Part shown: positions 1 through 13,300 of the stretch, piece by piece
Layout of the letters: every line of letters begins with the position of its first letter
How positions within the stretch are numbered: the stretch's first letter is position 1
NCBI GenBank assembly: GCA_051294375.1
Contig: CM119265.1
Location: forward strand, 26,976,517 to 27,040,516
Reading direction: 5' to 3'
Source: Paraspadella gotoi
Lineage: Eukaryota > Animalia > Chaetognatha
DNA length: 64,000 nucleotides
Notes under the pieces: generated by a model
Told to the model about the DNA's origin: nothing
The model's input: only the letters and a program-made list of their open reading frames with translations
The model's database searches: none
Program-made: the position numbers and the translations under genes

Positions 1-399
1 TGAGTCAGCCGGAAGATGGCAAGAACTCAGGGTTGGCAGAATTCACTATCGTATGAATATGAGTCAGAAAAGAGAAAGAATTAAGATGATACCTCAAACG
101 TTATGACATATAGAATTATAAGACCGATTAATCGAATGCGACCTTAACCGCAAATACATCTTATTCAAATAACATACACGGGGATCAGTTAGATACATAT
201 AATCGGTCCATGACTCCGCACACATATTCCTTGTCTCGCTGAGCCGCGTCTTTGCAACAATATCTCCAAGACAAAGTCTGTAAATACTTCATCCTACCAA
301 CAAGACGAGGTTCCGGACGCACAGTTATCGGAGCCTAGACTGAGGTCACAGCCCGCCCGGCCTGCCGCGCGCTCGCTCTGGCGTCGCTATTTACTTGCA

Positions 400-3300
400 C
401 TTCTTCAGCGCATCGAGTTTTCACTCTGGCGGCCCCTGCAGCGGGCGCTGTACCCTGGCGTCGCAACAGGACTTGATTCCAGGACACAACACAACATGTA
501 GCAAGAAACGTTGTGGGAGATCAATCGACCCACTATCGGGGCTTAAGAAATTTCAACGAGTGCTAATCAAAATGGTGAGTAGACTTTAAGACGCTGACGA
601 TGTTCGCACAGCTAACAAAGCGGCCATGCGGGGGCGATACTTCACAGCAATGGCTACAGGACGCAGGACAGAAAGACTATATATATATGTATCTCCCTCA
701 GTTTTTCCACTCAAAACATTCGCCAGGCGGAGTAATCAGAATGAAAACCATCAAGATCGCCTAGAAACACTGCGCTTGAGGGTACATTTGTGGAGAGTCA
801 GTCTAGTTGAACAGACTCACATATACTGGTTCAAGAAGAGGTAATGCGACCGAGCAACACGACAAACAGCACTGTCCGACGTACGTATTAACAGCTGGAG
901 AACGACATTCCGCACATAGATGCCACCCTCAGAAGATCATCTTAGTAAAGGTGGCTGACATCCAGCGATTTTTTTAACCAGTTCTGATTCAAATCAATAA
1001 TACGCACTCCACTAGACACTGGCACTTTCTAGGGCGCGCAGGGCTTCAGAGACCCATCAAGCAGAATCGCAGTTACGAGCTGGCTTCAACACGAGAAGAA
1101 CCGCGTTGTCAGGGCGGAGGTCGTGGCCAAGGACAGCTCTAGAACTCAGGGTAGGCGGCAGCGCCGATACTAGGAATAGTAGCGACACCGCAAATAGTGC
1201 GACTAGAAAGAAATCGCTGTTCGGACAAGAATTCTTTCGAATTCTGAAAGGCTATTTCTTCGGCCAGAGGGCTCGAACAATAAAAAAGAGTAAGCAGGCG
1301 CACCAAAAACAAGACGTTTGTAACGTTTAATCAGAACGAATTCTGAGAAACGGACTGGTCACTGTATTGCCACCAGAGCTAGGAGGCATTCTAGCAAAAA
1401 CATGAAGACAGGCAATTTGCATTAAAATACGCTAAGACGATGGAACAGCAAGCTGCACGAATGCGCGGCTGGTAAGTAACGAAAAAGGTGTACGGCCGGA
1501 GGGAGGAATAGAAAGGAGAGAATAAGATCTTCCAGGAACAGTATAAACGAAAGATTCCGTCGGCTTCGGCGATGGATCAGCCGATACAGTGGGAACGAAG
1601 ACTGAGAAGCCATCAGAACACCTAGTAGATGGCCCCCGCAACAAACGACTGAATTATATTAAACATGCGGCTGAAACAACAGGAATGAGAAAGAGCGAAA
1701 GAGCGTATCGCAGGCGGGTGCCCACGTAGCCATGAAAAAAAAGAGAGGCCAGCACCAATAAGGAGAACTGCAATGCTCCCGGCCACCTGACATGTCATGA
1801 CTCGGGGCCAATCCTCCACGCCAAGACCAGCCAAACAGAACCGAAGAAGAGTACGCAAGGACCGCACCGCTGGAGCAACAACCGAGGGTAGATAGGGACG
1901 AGGCGGCTACACGCAAACCTCAGAGGTGACAAACGCAGGATCCCTAAACGGAAACACCAGAGGGTTTTCGAGAAGAGACACACCTAGAAAAACCTGAACG
2001 GAGAGAGGAGGGACCGGAGCCGTCCAAATAAGAACCGATAAAGCAACGGCGCCACCAACTCCCCATAGAGAATACGAACAAGTAGTTTTCCAACGTTCCG
2101 GAGATGGAACCGGAAAGCGAACGACGGAAAAGAGGAAAACCGAGGACCAATAAGACGCAACGATCCAAGAGGCTAACGACTCGGCCCCTCCAGGTCACGG
2201 AAATAAGTAAACTGTCAAAACAATCGAAGCTTGCAGTCCAAGGTAGACGAGATTGACGCACTCTCCAATAATGCCAATGAGGAACTGAGATAGAAAGCTG
2301 GCAGAACGATTTGCAAACGATTAAGGACGCCTAAGGAGATATACAAAACGATGGCGCACGCAATTGGAAGCAGGTGAAGAGAAAATCACGCTCAACGACG
2401 TTTCCTCCTCCCCGGGAACGTAGAACGACTCTAGAGGATATGAACCAAAGATGGGAATCCTGCTGCGTTTATCGGGTCATACAAGGCAACGAGACCGGTC
2501 AACAAGATATATCAATCCACAACAAAATCTTAAGGAGGTAGTAAAAAGGATACATACTGTAAAAACTAGGCGCATCCCAGGAAGAGATCGAGTTTCAGCT
2601 TACCTAGCGCGCAGTAGCAATAGCGGCCTACCGAATATGGTAAACAGCTGGCGGAGGTAAAAATGTGCTCGAATGCGACCGGTTTTGCAGGCGCGCCACG
2701 GGACGAAATGGCAATATATATATATATAGAGAGATAAGACCAAGAGATAGAGGCTAGGGCATCGACGTTATGCAACTTACCCACCGCAGTGGGAAGGCTA
2801 CAGACCACGTCCTTTAGTGGGCCTCAGCGAATGCATCAGAACCATGGGCCGAGGTTCCCACTGAAGGACGAAGCCGATGCATCAACACGTAATCAAGAGC
2901 ACTCGATTGCGAATATAATTGCCTGCTACAGCGGTTAACGTAACCTAGAAGGTAAATTTGCGACGGGGGCCAACGTCGCTAAACGGTCGAAGAGAATGAG
3001 ATGTAATAATTGAACGTGCTAGACATGGAGAATGAACAGTAAACCGAGTCGTAAAGAGACATAGGCATGAATTAGGGCAAGCACTAAGAAAGAACCCTAA
3101 ACGAGTGACCCGTAACAAGTGGAGTTCAGACGCGCTGCCATACCTTAATTGCTCACCTGAATGCGGACGCCGATAGACAGGCGAACTGGGCCAAAACAAA
3201 TATGTCAGCCACAGGGTATGATGATACTCCAATCAGGGAATAGGCGCGAGACTGATAGAGGCGACCCGGATGAAGAATGCATACGAATGCCTGCAGGAGT

Positions 3301-4250
3301 AACGCACAGAGGCGAGCACAGATTCTACAAACAAGAAGCACAGAAGACAAGATCGAGAGGAGGTAAATTCATCAGACATAGATCAACAAAAAGAGTAACC
3401 GCTTAGAAACCCAAAGAAGATCAAAACAGGAGACGAAATATAGCCAATGACGTGACTTATTGAAACAGGCGCGCGCGCACATGACACAAAATAATGGTGA
3501 AACATTTACACAGGCCCACACAAAGTGATCGAGGCCAGGGAACATTATGTAATAAATATGCAACGGAGCGCTCCAACTGCTATACAGACGCCGCCTTCCA
3601 AGCTAAAGGCGGGCGACTCAGACGATTTCAGACTAAGGAGAAGTATAAGCTAAACATAACAAATTGTAAATACTCAAACAAAAACGAACTACACATTCCA
3701 CAAGTGATTAAAGAGAAAAAGCAAATCAAGGTAACGCATAAATTCAATAGCGGGAAAGTCCTTAAGGTAAGGGTTAAAAGAAACTGAGAAGAAAGAATGA
3801 TATATATAAGAGTAGAAGATAAAGGTAGATATAGGCCAGAACAGACAAGAAAGCCCAGTGTCCTTTCTCAACCCGAACTACATGTGTGTAAAACGCGGCG
3901 ATCGCTTCGCGATCGGCCCGGGAGGCGGAATGTCCAGACGCGCTCGAAACGACGATAGGAAAGACGACGAGCTTCGGGCGACATGAAAGCAAGCCGAAGG
4001 GAAATAGGAAGGCTCACAATTGTTCGAAAAGTTGTCAGAAGAAAAAAAGCAACCAAGTAAGAGCGAATAAAGAAAAAAAAAAAGATATCCAAAGAGAACA
4101 AAACAAAAAAAGAAAGAAAACGATCTTTGTTCCTTTTTCCGAAAGAAGAGACGTAAGCGAACCCAAGTAAGTGCAATAAAACCAAATAAAGAAAACAAAG
4201 ACATCGTAGAGCAACAGTAAGTTTGAAAAAAAAGGCCAAAGTTAGTAACG
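400..4250 (+). mobile_element. Degraded or error-rich Ty1/Copia-like LTR retrotransposon internal region
   Basis: Frameshifted motifs occur in Copia order: possible gag knuckle (C..CG...H, ~495-535), integrase-like GQEF (1223-1234), RT-like AFLQG (~2675-2692) and YGL.DASR.W-like (2812-2847), RNase H-like CYTDAAF (3578-3598). No intact ORF and no LTR pair identified. Confidence 0.45.
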
Positions 4251-4699
4251 TTATGAGATAGATGTAACTAACACGTTAAACGACCGCCCGTAACAGTAAC
4301 TCACGCACACACGAACACATCACGACAGCACTCTCGTGGAATCTGCCTACCTCACGGCGCAGACTACGCGCCAGCAACGCACGCATCATCACGACACAGC
4401 ACAACCATCTCATGTCGTACGTGGAGACGAACGGGACCACGCAATCTCTCCACAAAACACACAGACTTCGCAGACGCTCACTGTCTACACGATACCCCGA
4501 ATGTCTCCAATATGCGCAATCGAGGCACACCCGCGCACTCCGCGCTGGAACCCACGAACACACGACACATCGCACGCGACAGCGCCCGCCGAAGTGAAGC
4601 GGAAGAGCTCCTCGCTCTTCACCGCCGATTATGGGTTATCTTGATCGTAGCAAGCCACGGACCCAGAACATGGACATGGATAGGGATACGGCGGGTGTG

Positions 4700-6500
4700 A
4701 CTTAGTTGCTAGTTAGCCACCGGACGCCTCCTGCGGCCGGTGGGTAGTTCAATATTCCTACAATTGACAGCGATTGATCATTACCGCTGGAACGGCAAGA
4801 GTGCCTGGATCTTTGCACACGCTGGAAGAAGATGTCCACAGTTGGATCAAGTTCCATTTTGATGAGCTAGAGTATCATGCGGCGTCCTTGCTGCAGTCCT
4901 AGTCCAATCGAGGGGAAGGGGCGACCGGACCGCTATCTCACACCAGGTGGATTACACTACGGTAGCGCCGGACCGGATCCTGCAGCTGGGCGAATCATTA
5001 AAAAATTTTCACGGACGCCTATGACACCATCCGAAACTTGTCCAAGTTATGCGTCGACACCTTGAAGGATAGGATGATGTGGCGTCATCGTGTGTGCGAC
5101 GTTGTATGCTCATAGGATCGGCAGATAAGGAAGGTGGAGAGTATGCGATCGCGGTGACTCATAATTGGATCTGTGATGACGTCGCCTGCTCGCAACAATG
5201 CAGCTACCGCACGGAGGCGGTCCATGCTGGTGGTGGATGACGCCGGGTTGCCATGCGGTAGTCGGCTACTCCGGCGGAAATGTAACCGGTGGCGCAGGCT
5301 CTTAGGATGGATGGTGCGACGGTGTCGGAGGCTGACATCCGGAATCTCCATCACACTCGGTGTCATGATGCAGACGGGAGTCCCGCGCCGACGCCGGTGT
5401 CGAGGACGTTACTCAAAGGAGCAAAGTCGTGGGGGAGCTGGACGAGCTGCTCCCGAAGCCAGATACCTGGACCGCCTCGCGGAAGGACTAGAACGATGGA
5501 ATGCGATGTGCGGCGAACAGCGAGCCTGCATTCACCTCCGCCTCACCGAGAAAAACGAGGATGATCGACTGGGCGGACTCACGGTGACGAGACTTCCTCG
5601 CCCCACTTCTTCTACGTAGAGGGACGGATCCAGGGAATCAAACGGGACATCGGTAATGGAAGCCCTCATGAACGCGGTCAAAGTTAGCGCAGAAGCAACG
5701 CCGGAGAATAATCGACTCACTCACGAAAAGCAGTGCGACATGAGCTTTGCGTAACGAGGGCTTTGCGCGAAGCAAGACGGCGGCTATCGAGGCCTCCCGC
5801 TCGCCGGGGCTACCACGGTTCATTCGATCCGCGGCGAGATTGCCGTCTCGCGGGACTGTTGGTGACTCGCCAAATGCCCCGACAAAACCTGCCCTCCGGA
5901 GGGAGACCGAAAAGTGGTTATCAGGACATGCCATTCTCTTTCGGAGGAACGGGAAGCATACCGTCACGGTTTATTTATTGTCGCCATTATCATCACGTGA
6001 TAGACTCTCGTTCGAAACGCCTGCTCCCCCTCCTCTGTCTACATATTGGGCGACAGATTCGTCGACATAACTGACGGGCGTCCGTTTCGAGCAAGTACAA
6101 ACGTGCGGACAACACTTCCGGAGCAAACATTCATGTCACGAGCGGATTTCCCATCTGTATGAAGAGGTGGGACGGTTATGGATTCGTCCACGCAAAGTTC
6201 AACTGGGGCAAACCCAGCGCTTCACGAACGGGCTGGGGGAGATCAACCGCCGGATCTCCGTCATCCTTCATGCGGCGGATTTATCGGCGACTCTCCTGTG
6301 GAGATCTGGAACTGGCTCGTAAAACATTGGCGCCACTCATCGGACTCGTAGCCATGCGGAGAGTGGTCGCTGTCTGCGTCTGCCTGGCGGCTGGCTGTCA
6401 GTGCGCAACTGGCTGGCATCGCCCAAGCGGAGGCGGTCGGGACAAAAACGTCGACGCCGCCACGGGGCCGCTCGCTGTCATGGAGCGACGATGAGATCAG
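4700..6500 (+). mobile_element. GC-rich error-laden segment, possible retroelement (RT) remnant
   Basis: Weak RT-like words only (TDAY ~5010, VVDD ~5230); no coherent ORF. Confidence 0.2.
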
Positions 6501-7004
6501 TGCCGTTTCGATGGACTGTCCTTTGTCTGAGGCGGGGTGGTGGGGCGCGTCAGCGGATATGGGATCCGCCTCCATCTTTATTTCGATCAATGTGAACTTC
6601 TCTCTTCTCTCTCTCTCACTCTCCCTCTCTCTGTTTATTCGATCGTGGTTTTTAGCTCATAGCGAATCAGAGGCGGAGAGTGGGACTAGGTCATTAGGGA
6701 ATTGTTTCATGGGCCGAGGGAGTAGGACGAAGGACTTTAGTGATCATAAGCGAAGCTGCCCTCGGCCGAATGGTTGCAATTGATTTTCTATCTCAATTAT
6801 TTTATTCACATGCGCTTATTCGGATTAGTAAAGTAAATAAACATTTTGCTCGTTGTCTATTCCATCGTGATAGATTTAAAGCGTCATCCGAGAAGCGGAA
6901 ACGGCAGAAGATATGTATATATATAATATATGAAACAAATTCATAAATATTCTCCAGTTTGTAACTTTGGGTCAACTATTTTTCATACATTCCATCTCTT
7001 AAGA

Positions 7005-7440
7005 CATCTCAGTTGACACTTACATGGCACATTCTCCAGTTGACACTTCATCACGCACTCTCACTTGACACTTTCTCTGCACATCTCAGTTGACAACTTT
7101 CACCTGCACATCTCAGGACATATACATCCTGCTCACATCTCAATTGACATTCATCCACATCTCAGTTTGCACTTCACTGCACATCTCAGCGACATATTGC
7201 ATCCAGCATTCTTCAGTTGACTCACTTCCACTGCACGTCTCAGCTGACAATTCACACTCAGCCAACTTTCTGTATTGACCTTCACTCCACATCTCAGTTG
7301 ACACTATCACAGTCACATCCTTCAGCTGACATATCACTCCCATATCTCAGTTGACACTGTGTCGTTTCACTGCAACATCCAGCTGACATATCACTCCACA
7401 TCTCAGTTGACACTTCACTGCACATCTCACGCGACATCTC
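7005..7440. repeat. ~24-bp minisatellite (cacatctcagttgacacttcactg) directly after a PLC splice donor
   Basis: Visible degenerate tandem units; the array begins within a few nt of the donor at 7444. Confidence 0.85.
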
Positions 7441-7444
7441 ATAC

Positions 7445-10315
7445 GATCATTCTCGCGACACTTTTGTCGTTGACTGAACCTTTGACTTTGGGCTTCTCTC
7501 CGCCCAACTCCTCGCCAAGCTCCAACTTGGCCGCGTCCGCGTGTTCTGTGTCGGTGGAAGATACAATGTTTATTTTTAATCTAATTTTTAAGTTAATTAA
7601 TCGATCAATTAATTAATTAATACCTGAGTCGAGTTCTTCTCGATTGAAGGACACACCGGGCAGTCCCTCCGGAACGGTGTGTGGATCCTCGCCTGTTGAA
7701 ATAAGGACGATCGTTCAATGAGCCGCGTCGATCGCTCTTTCTTTCTTTCTTTCTCTCTTTCTTTCTTTGCTGCTTTCTCTCTTTGCTTCTTTCTTTCTTT
7801 CCTTCTCTCTCTCCTTCTTTCTTTCTCTAATCTCTTCCTCCTGCTACTTTACGGCTGCTTCTCCTGCTGCTGTTGCTCCTCTTCCTCCTCTTCCTCCTCC
7901 CCTTTGCTTCTTTCTCATTGGAGCTCCCAAAACGTGTGTTTCAGACGCTGAAGCCTTTTTCTGTAACAGTTCTTATTCCTCATCTCTACCACTCCACCTC
8001 CTAATCGTAAAAAGCTCCAGCTGCTCCTTCTCACCTGCGTACTCTCCTTCCAACGCCTCGATGTAGCCCATCTTAAAATGCTCCAGCTGCTCCTTCTCAG
8101 CTGCGTACACTCCTTTCAATGCATTGATGGAGCCCCTCTTAAAAAGCTCCAGCTGCTCCTTCTCACCTGCGTACTCTCCTTCCAACGCCTCGATGGAGCC
8201 CATCTTAAAAAGCTCCAGCTGCTCCTTTTCCACCTCAGGATTGAGTCTTTTGTTTTTGATGAGAATTTTGTGTTTAAGGAGATTGGGCGACGGTAGAGGG
8301 ACGCCCGACTCGAGGGGATGGGATTCGAGGGGCGTCCGGAGGAGGTAATCCCCGAGTATCTCTTCGCCTGGAGGGAAGAGGAGGAGAAGGAGGAGGAGGA
8401 AGAAGAAGAAGAAAGGGAAGAAGAAAAAGGAGAGAAGGAAGAGGAAGAAAAAAAGGAAGAGGAAAAAAGAGAAAAGGAGGAGGAAGAAGAAGGAGAATAG
8501 GAGGAGGAAAGGAAGAGAAGGAGGAAGAGGAAAAAGGATAGAAGGAGGAAGAGGAAAGGAAGAGGAAAGGAAGAGGAAAAAGGAGGAGGAGGAAGAGGAG
8601 TAGGGAGGAGGAAAAGGGGAAGATGTCAAGTCTCAGCATTCAGGAACGTCTTAAAAACCCATCACATTATTGCGCCATTTTGTACTACTGCCCCACCCTT
8701 ACTCACAGTATTGCGCCATTTTGTACTGTTGCGCCACCCAGACTCACAGTATTGAGCCATTTTGTATAGCTGCGCCACCTTACTCGCAGTATTTCGCATT
8801 TTGTACTGCTGCGCACCTTACAGTATTGCGCCATTTTGTACTGCTGCGCCACCCAGACTAACAGTATTGCGCCATTTTGTATAGCTGGGCCACCTTACTC
8901 GCAGTATTGCGCCATTTTGTACTGCTGCGACACCCTTACTCACAGTATTGCGCCATTTTGTACTACTGCGCCACCCAGACTCACAGTATTGCGCCATTTN
9001 NNNNNNNNNNNNNNNNNNNNNNNNNNNNNNNNNNNNNNNNNNNNNNNNNNNNNNNNNNNNNNNNNNNNNNNNNNNNNNNNNNNNNNNNNNNNNNNNNNNN
9101 NNNNNNNNNNNNNNNNNNNNNNNNNNNNNNNNNNNNNNNNNNNNNNNNNNNNNNNNNNNNNNNNNNNNNNNNNNNNNNNNNNNNNNNNNNNNNNNNNNNN
9201 NNNNNNNNNNNNNNNNNNNNNNNNNNNNNNNNNNNNNNNNNNNNNNNNNNNNNNNNNNNNNNNNNNNNNNNNNNNNNNNNNNNNNNNNNNNNNNNNNNNN
9301 NNNNNNNNNNNNNNNNNNNNNNNNNNNNNNNNNNNNNNNNNNNNNNNNNNNNNNNNNNNNNNNNNNNNNNNNNNNNNNNNNNNNNNNNNNNNNNNNNNNN
9401 NNNNNNNNNNNNNNNNNNNNNNNNNNNNNNNNNNNNNNNNNNNNNNNNNNNNNNNNNNNNNNNNNNNNNNNNNNNNNNNNNNNNNNNNNNNNNNNNNNNN
9501 NNNNNNNNNNNNNNNNNNNNNNNNNNNNNNNNNNNNNNNNNNNNNNNNNNNNNNNNNNNNNNNNNNNNNNNNNNNNNNNNNNNNNNNNNNNNNNNNNNNN
9601 NNNNNNNNNNNNNNNNNNNNNNNNNNNNNNNNNNNNNNNNNNNNNCCCTTACTCACAGTATTGCGCCATTTTGTACTGCTGCGCCTTGCTGCAGTGATTT
9701 TCGAAGGAGAGGATGACCGGAAACGGGGACGTGACGAAAGCGCACTCTCGGATCGCCGTCATCACGTCTTTAAATAAAATGTCGGTGCACATGGCTTTTC
9801 CGTGGGTGATGATGGGTTCCTTAAGGGGAAGGGCTTTTTTTATAAATATTTAATATTGATTAATTGATTGATTAGTAATAATGATCAAAAATAAAAAATG
9901 TAGCTAGAAGATGAATAACGTTAATGTTAATGTGTTAACTGTCACGTTTTTGAGCATTGCACGTCAAATCAAATCAAAAATCTCCCTATCTCTGTCTGTC
10001 TCTCTGTCTCTGTCTCTCTCTGTCTCTCTCTCTCTCTCTCAGCAAATTATGGAATTATTAGGTTTGTTAAAAAGTGAAAGAAAAGTCTCTCTACTTACTG
10101 TAACGTCTTATAATTCTTTAAAAAATTCTTGTTATTTTCTCTTCGAGTATAAAACATAATTAGATAACTTAAGATCAGCAAGCAAACGGTGAGCCAGTGA
10201 TGACGGTAAGCAAGCTTCTTCAAGTTAGCAAGCATTCCGCGAAACGAAAGTCATTTATCTCGATACGAGATAAATCTCCCTTTCAGTTATCCTTGAAGCG
10301 AATTTAATGGGATAA

Positions 10316-10352
<37 letters not shown>

Positions 10353-13300
10353 GAGAAGAACGAGAGATTGAAATTAATCGCTATTTTTTGTTTTGGCGTT
10401 TACTTATCGAAATTCAGTCTGAACTCAGTATTTTTGCAAGAAATATATTTATTTGTAGATTACAATATTCGGCATAATATTCCTATATAAAATATGAAAT
10501 TATGAAAATTCTGCAAACTTACTGCTGTTTCCACGTATTCCAATCTTTACTCTTTTACTTCTCTCAATTAAAGAATTAAATCATTTTAATATTTTTAATT
10601 TATCTTAATAAATGTCAATTTGGGAAGCGGAAAGTCAGCTGTTGTTCTTCTGGAAAATACGCAGGGAGCAGCTCGTATACAACACTAAAGGTTTCACGCA
10701 TTCATTCATCGGCTGATCTCTTGAGACTTTTCTAATAAGAATCGACACCATCACTTCTCTGTTAGAGGCAAAGTCATTCAGATCACCCTTGAACACAAAT
10801 CATACAATAGTTCCTAAATGAGGCTGAAAACAGAAAGGGGTGGGAAATGGATAATTTTTTGAAGGGGGACCAACGTTATATATATTAATTCTTTAAGCAA
10901 GTGACAACGTTTATAGCATAAACATAAATGCTTTAAACGGATATGATTTGATTACAATGCGGGTATATCCGCCCTCTATATTCTTTGTTCCTTATCTAGG
11001 CCCTGATTATTATCCAACCTCTTATTATACATCAACACAATGTAAAATAAATAAGCTTTTTCCACTATGTAAGCTATAGTTTCATTTTCTCTGATAGACT
11101 ATTCAAGTAGGTTCTAATATAAGCTTGAGGGGCATGTTATGAGGGATTGGACGCATCCAAAGGCAAGGCCCTTTTTTTTTTCAATTAATACAAAACAAAA
11201 ATAATCTCGGGGGTTCAGATCTTTTGACTTTTTACAGTATTTCATTGTATGGGTAGTGCCATATTTCATTTTCGTAAAGTTCTTGTCTGATTTAGGGAGC
11301 GACGAAATAATAACTTTTTAATGAGTTAACAAAGTGCGAACCCGACCACAATGTTTCTTTACTAGATAAAAATCAACAGTACTATTTTCGGACTATGTGC
11401 CGTCTAATTCATAGCTTTCACTATCACCTCATTGTGTCTAAGCGCACAAACCCTTTAATCTAAAATATTATCATATTTGTCTTTAGATTAATTATCTAGA
11501 TTTGTTTAACAATGACTTTTTCAATATTGTTGATTGAAGGATATTGCCCATAAACTTGCCATCTCATTCAAATGTTTATACAGACATAGCTTTTGGTTAA
11601 TGCGTTATTATTAAATGCACATGTTTCGGCAAACAGAACTCTACGGACATATTCACGCTTACTCAGTTCATGGTTTGATATTAAATAAAAGTTTCAGCTC
11701 AAACTCAAAAGTCATCTATTAAACTAAGAGTTGGGAACTTTAAGTTTCCCCTCAGTTATTCTCTGTTGGCGGCAATTCTAATCGAATGAAACCTACTTTT
11801 ATTTATCATTAATAGTTATTGGCAAAACACTCATAACAAATTAAGATTAAATACAAATTAATAAAAAAGCGTTCATAAAATATAAAAGCGGGCAAACGAC
11901 AATTAATTGTGCCGTTTTCAACTGCAGGGCTTGGGCCGCGCCCTTCAAGAACTACAAAAATGATCCAATCGTCCAATATGTATTGAGAGGCAGTGATTTT
12001 CGGACAAAGGATAGTATATAGAGATTAAGTACGCTTTATTAGAAAACTGGGTAGATCAGATTTCTTTATCGACACACGAGCGATAATACTCACAACACAG
12101 ATAATCCTTAGAGATCTGCGAGTTCAATTTGCACTATCTGATACTGATACTGGTATTCTCATAATATATATATGCACTCTGATCTAGTGAACTATTGAGA
12201 GCTTTTTGAGCTCGTGGGTGAGAGAGATTAGCGGAGATATGATTTAACCTTTTTAGCCTCTTTCAGTTAAGAGTGTGTAATGAAGGCTTTTAGACGCGGT
12301 TTTGTTATATTTTTTTTTAGTTAATTTAGATGAGTATAAATATATTTTTTCAATTATAATGATGATATTCTAAATAGTTTTGAATAGAGGAGTATATGTA
12401 AAAATAAGGCTGGTTATTATGAGTACATAGGATAGATGTAAGCATATAGACTAAATATATCACACAAAAATTGGCGCCTTGTCAGGCTACGCTAAGCTTG
12501 AGATGACTTAGAAAATGTAAATTCCAATTATTTTTTTAAAAAAAAAATCCTATAGATTAAAATATAATTATTTTTTATAATTATTGTGTTAACATTTGTC
12601 ACAGATTATTGTTTTAGAGAAGTTCAATATAATTGCGATAACGCGCGTAATAATATAAAATCAATTAAATTTTACATTTTTAACACTTTAAAAACCTTTT
12701 TTGCGCGTGATTATTCTCATTGCGTCACGCTTGTCTCTTTCACTTCGTACTTTCCTCAATTGTACTCCCTCTGCATTTGTTATCTATAAGCAGCCACATC
12801 AACATCGTAAATTAAACGACACGGACACTTACACATGACTAAAATATGATTCTATTTTATGTGAATAAAGATTTTAAAGCAAGCAAAAAAGGGAATATAC
12901 TTAATTATATTTTATTATTGCTAAAGATCGTGTTCGATTATGTCTTTATGTTTGTTAGGAAAAAAGAGCATTCAAGAGCGCTCACACAGAGAGTTATAGA
13001 TATCATCCTATTTCATCTTAATCTACTTATTAACATTAGGTAAACGTATCTTAATAATACAATATCTTTAAACTAAAAAATCTTGTTATATTATATTCTA
13101 TACAATATATTTATCCTTCTACCTATAACGTTTAAATCGAGATGTATAATTATTTTATAATATAAAACCAATATATATAATAAGCGACTTAAAATGTTAA
13201 CGCGAATAAACATGTAAGCGTATTCACAGCAAATATCTGCCGTGTACGGCCGAGTGGATGTGGGACGCGGATAATAGCTCAGAGCGCGCGATCTCATAAG

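Noticed and set aside
5980-6030. LSFE-like word suggesting a second PLC X-domain copy on the + strand
   Set aside because: Only a few codons match and no other PLC motifs are in register.
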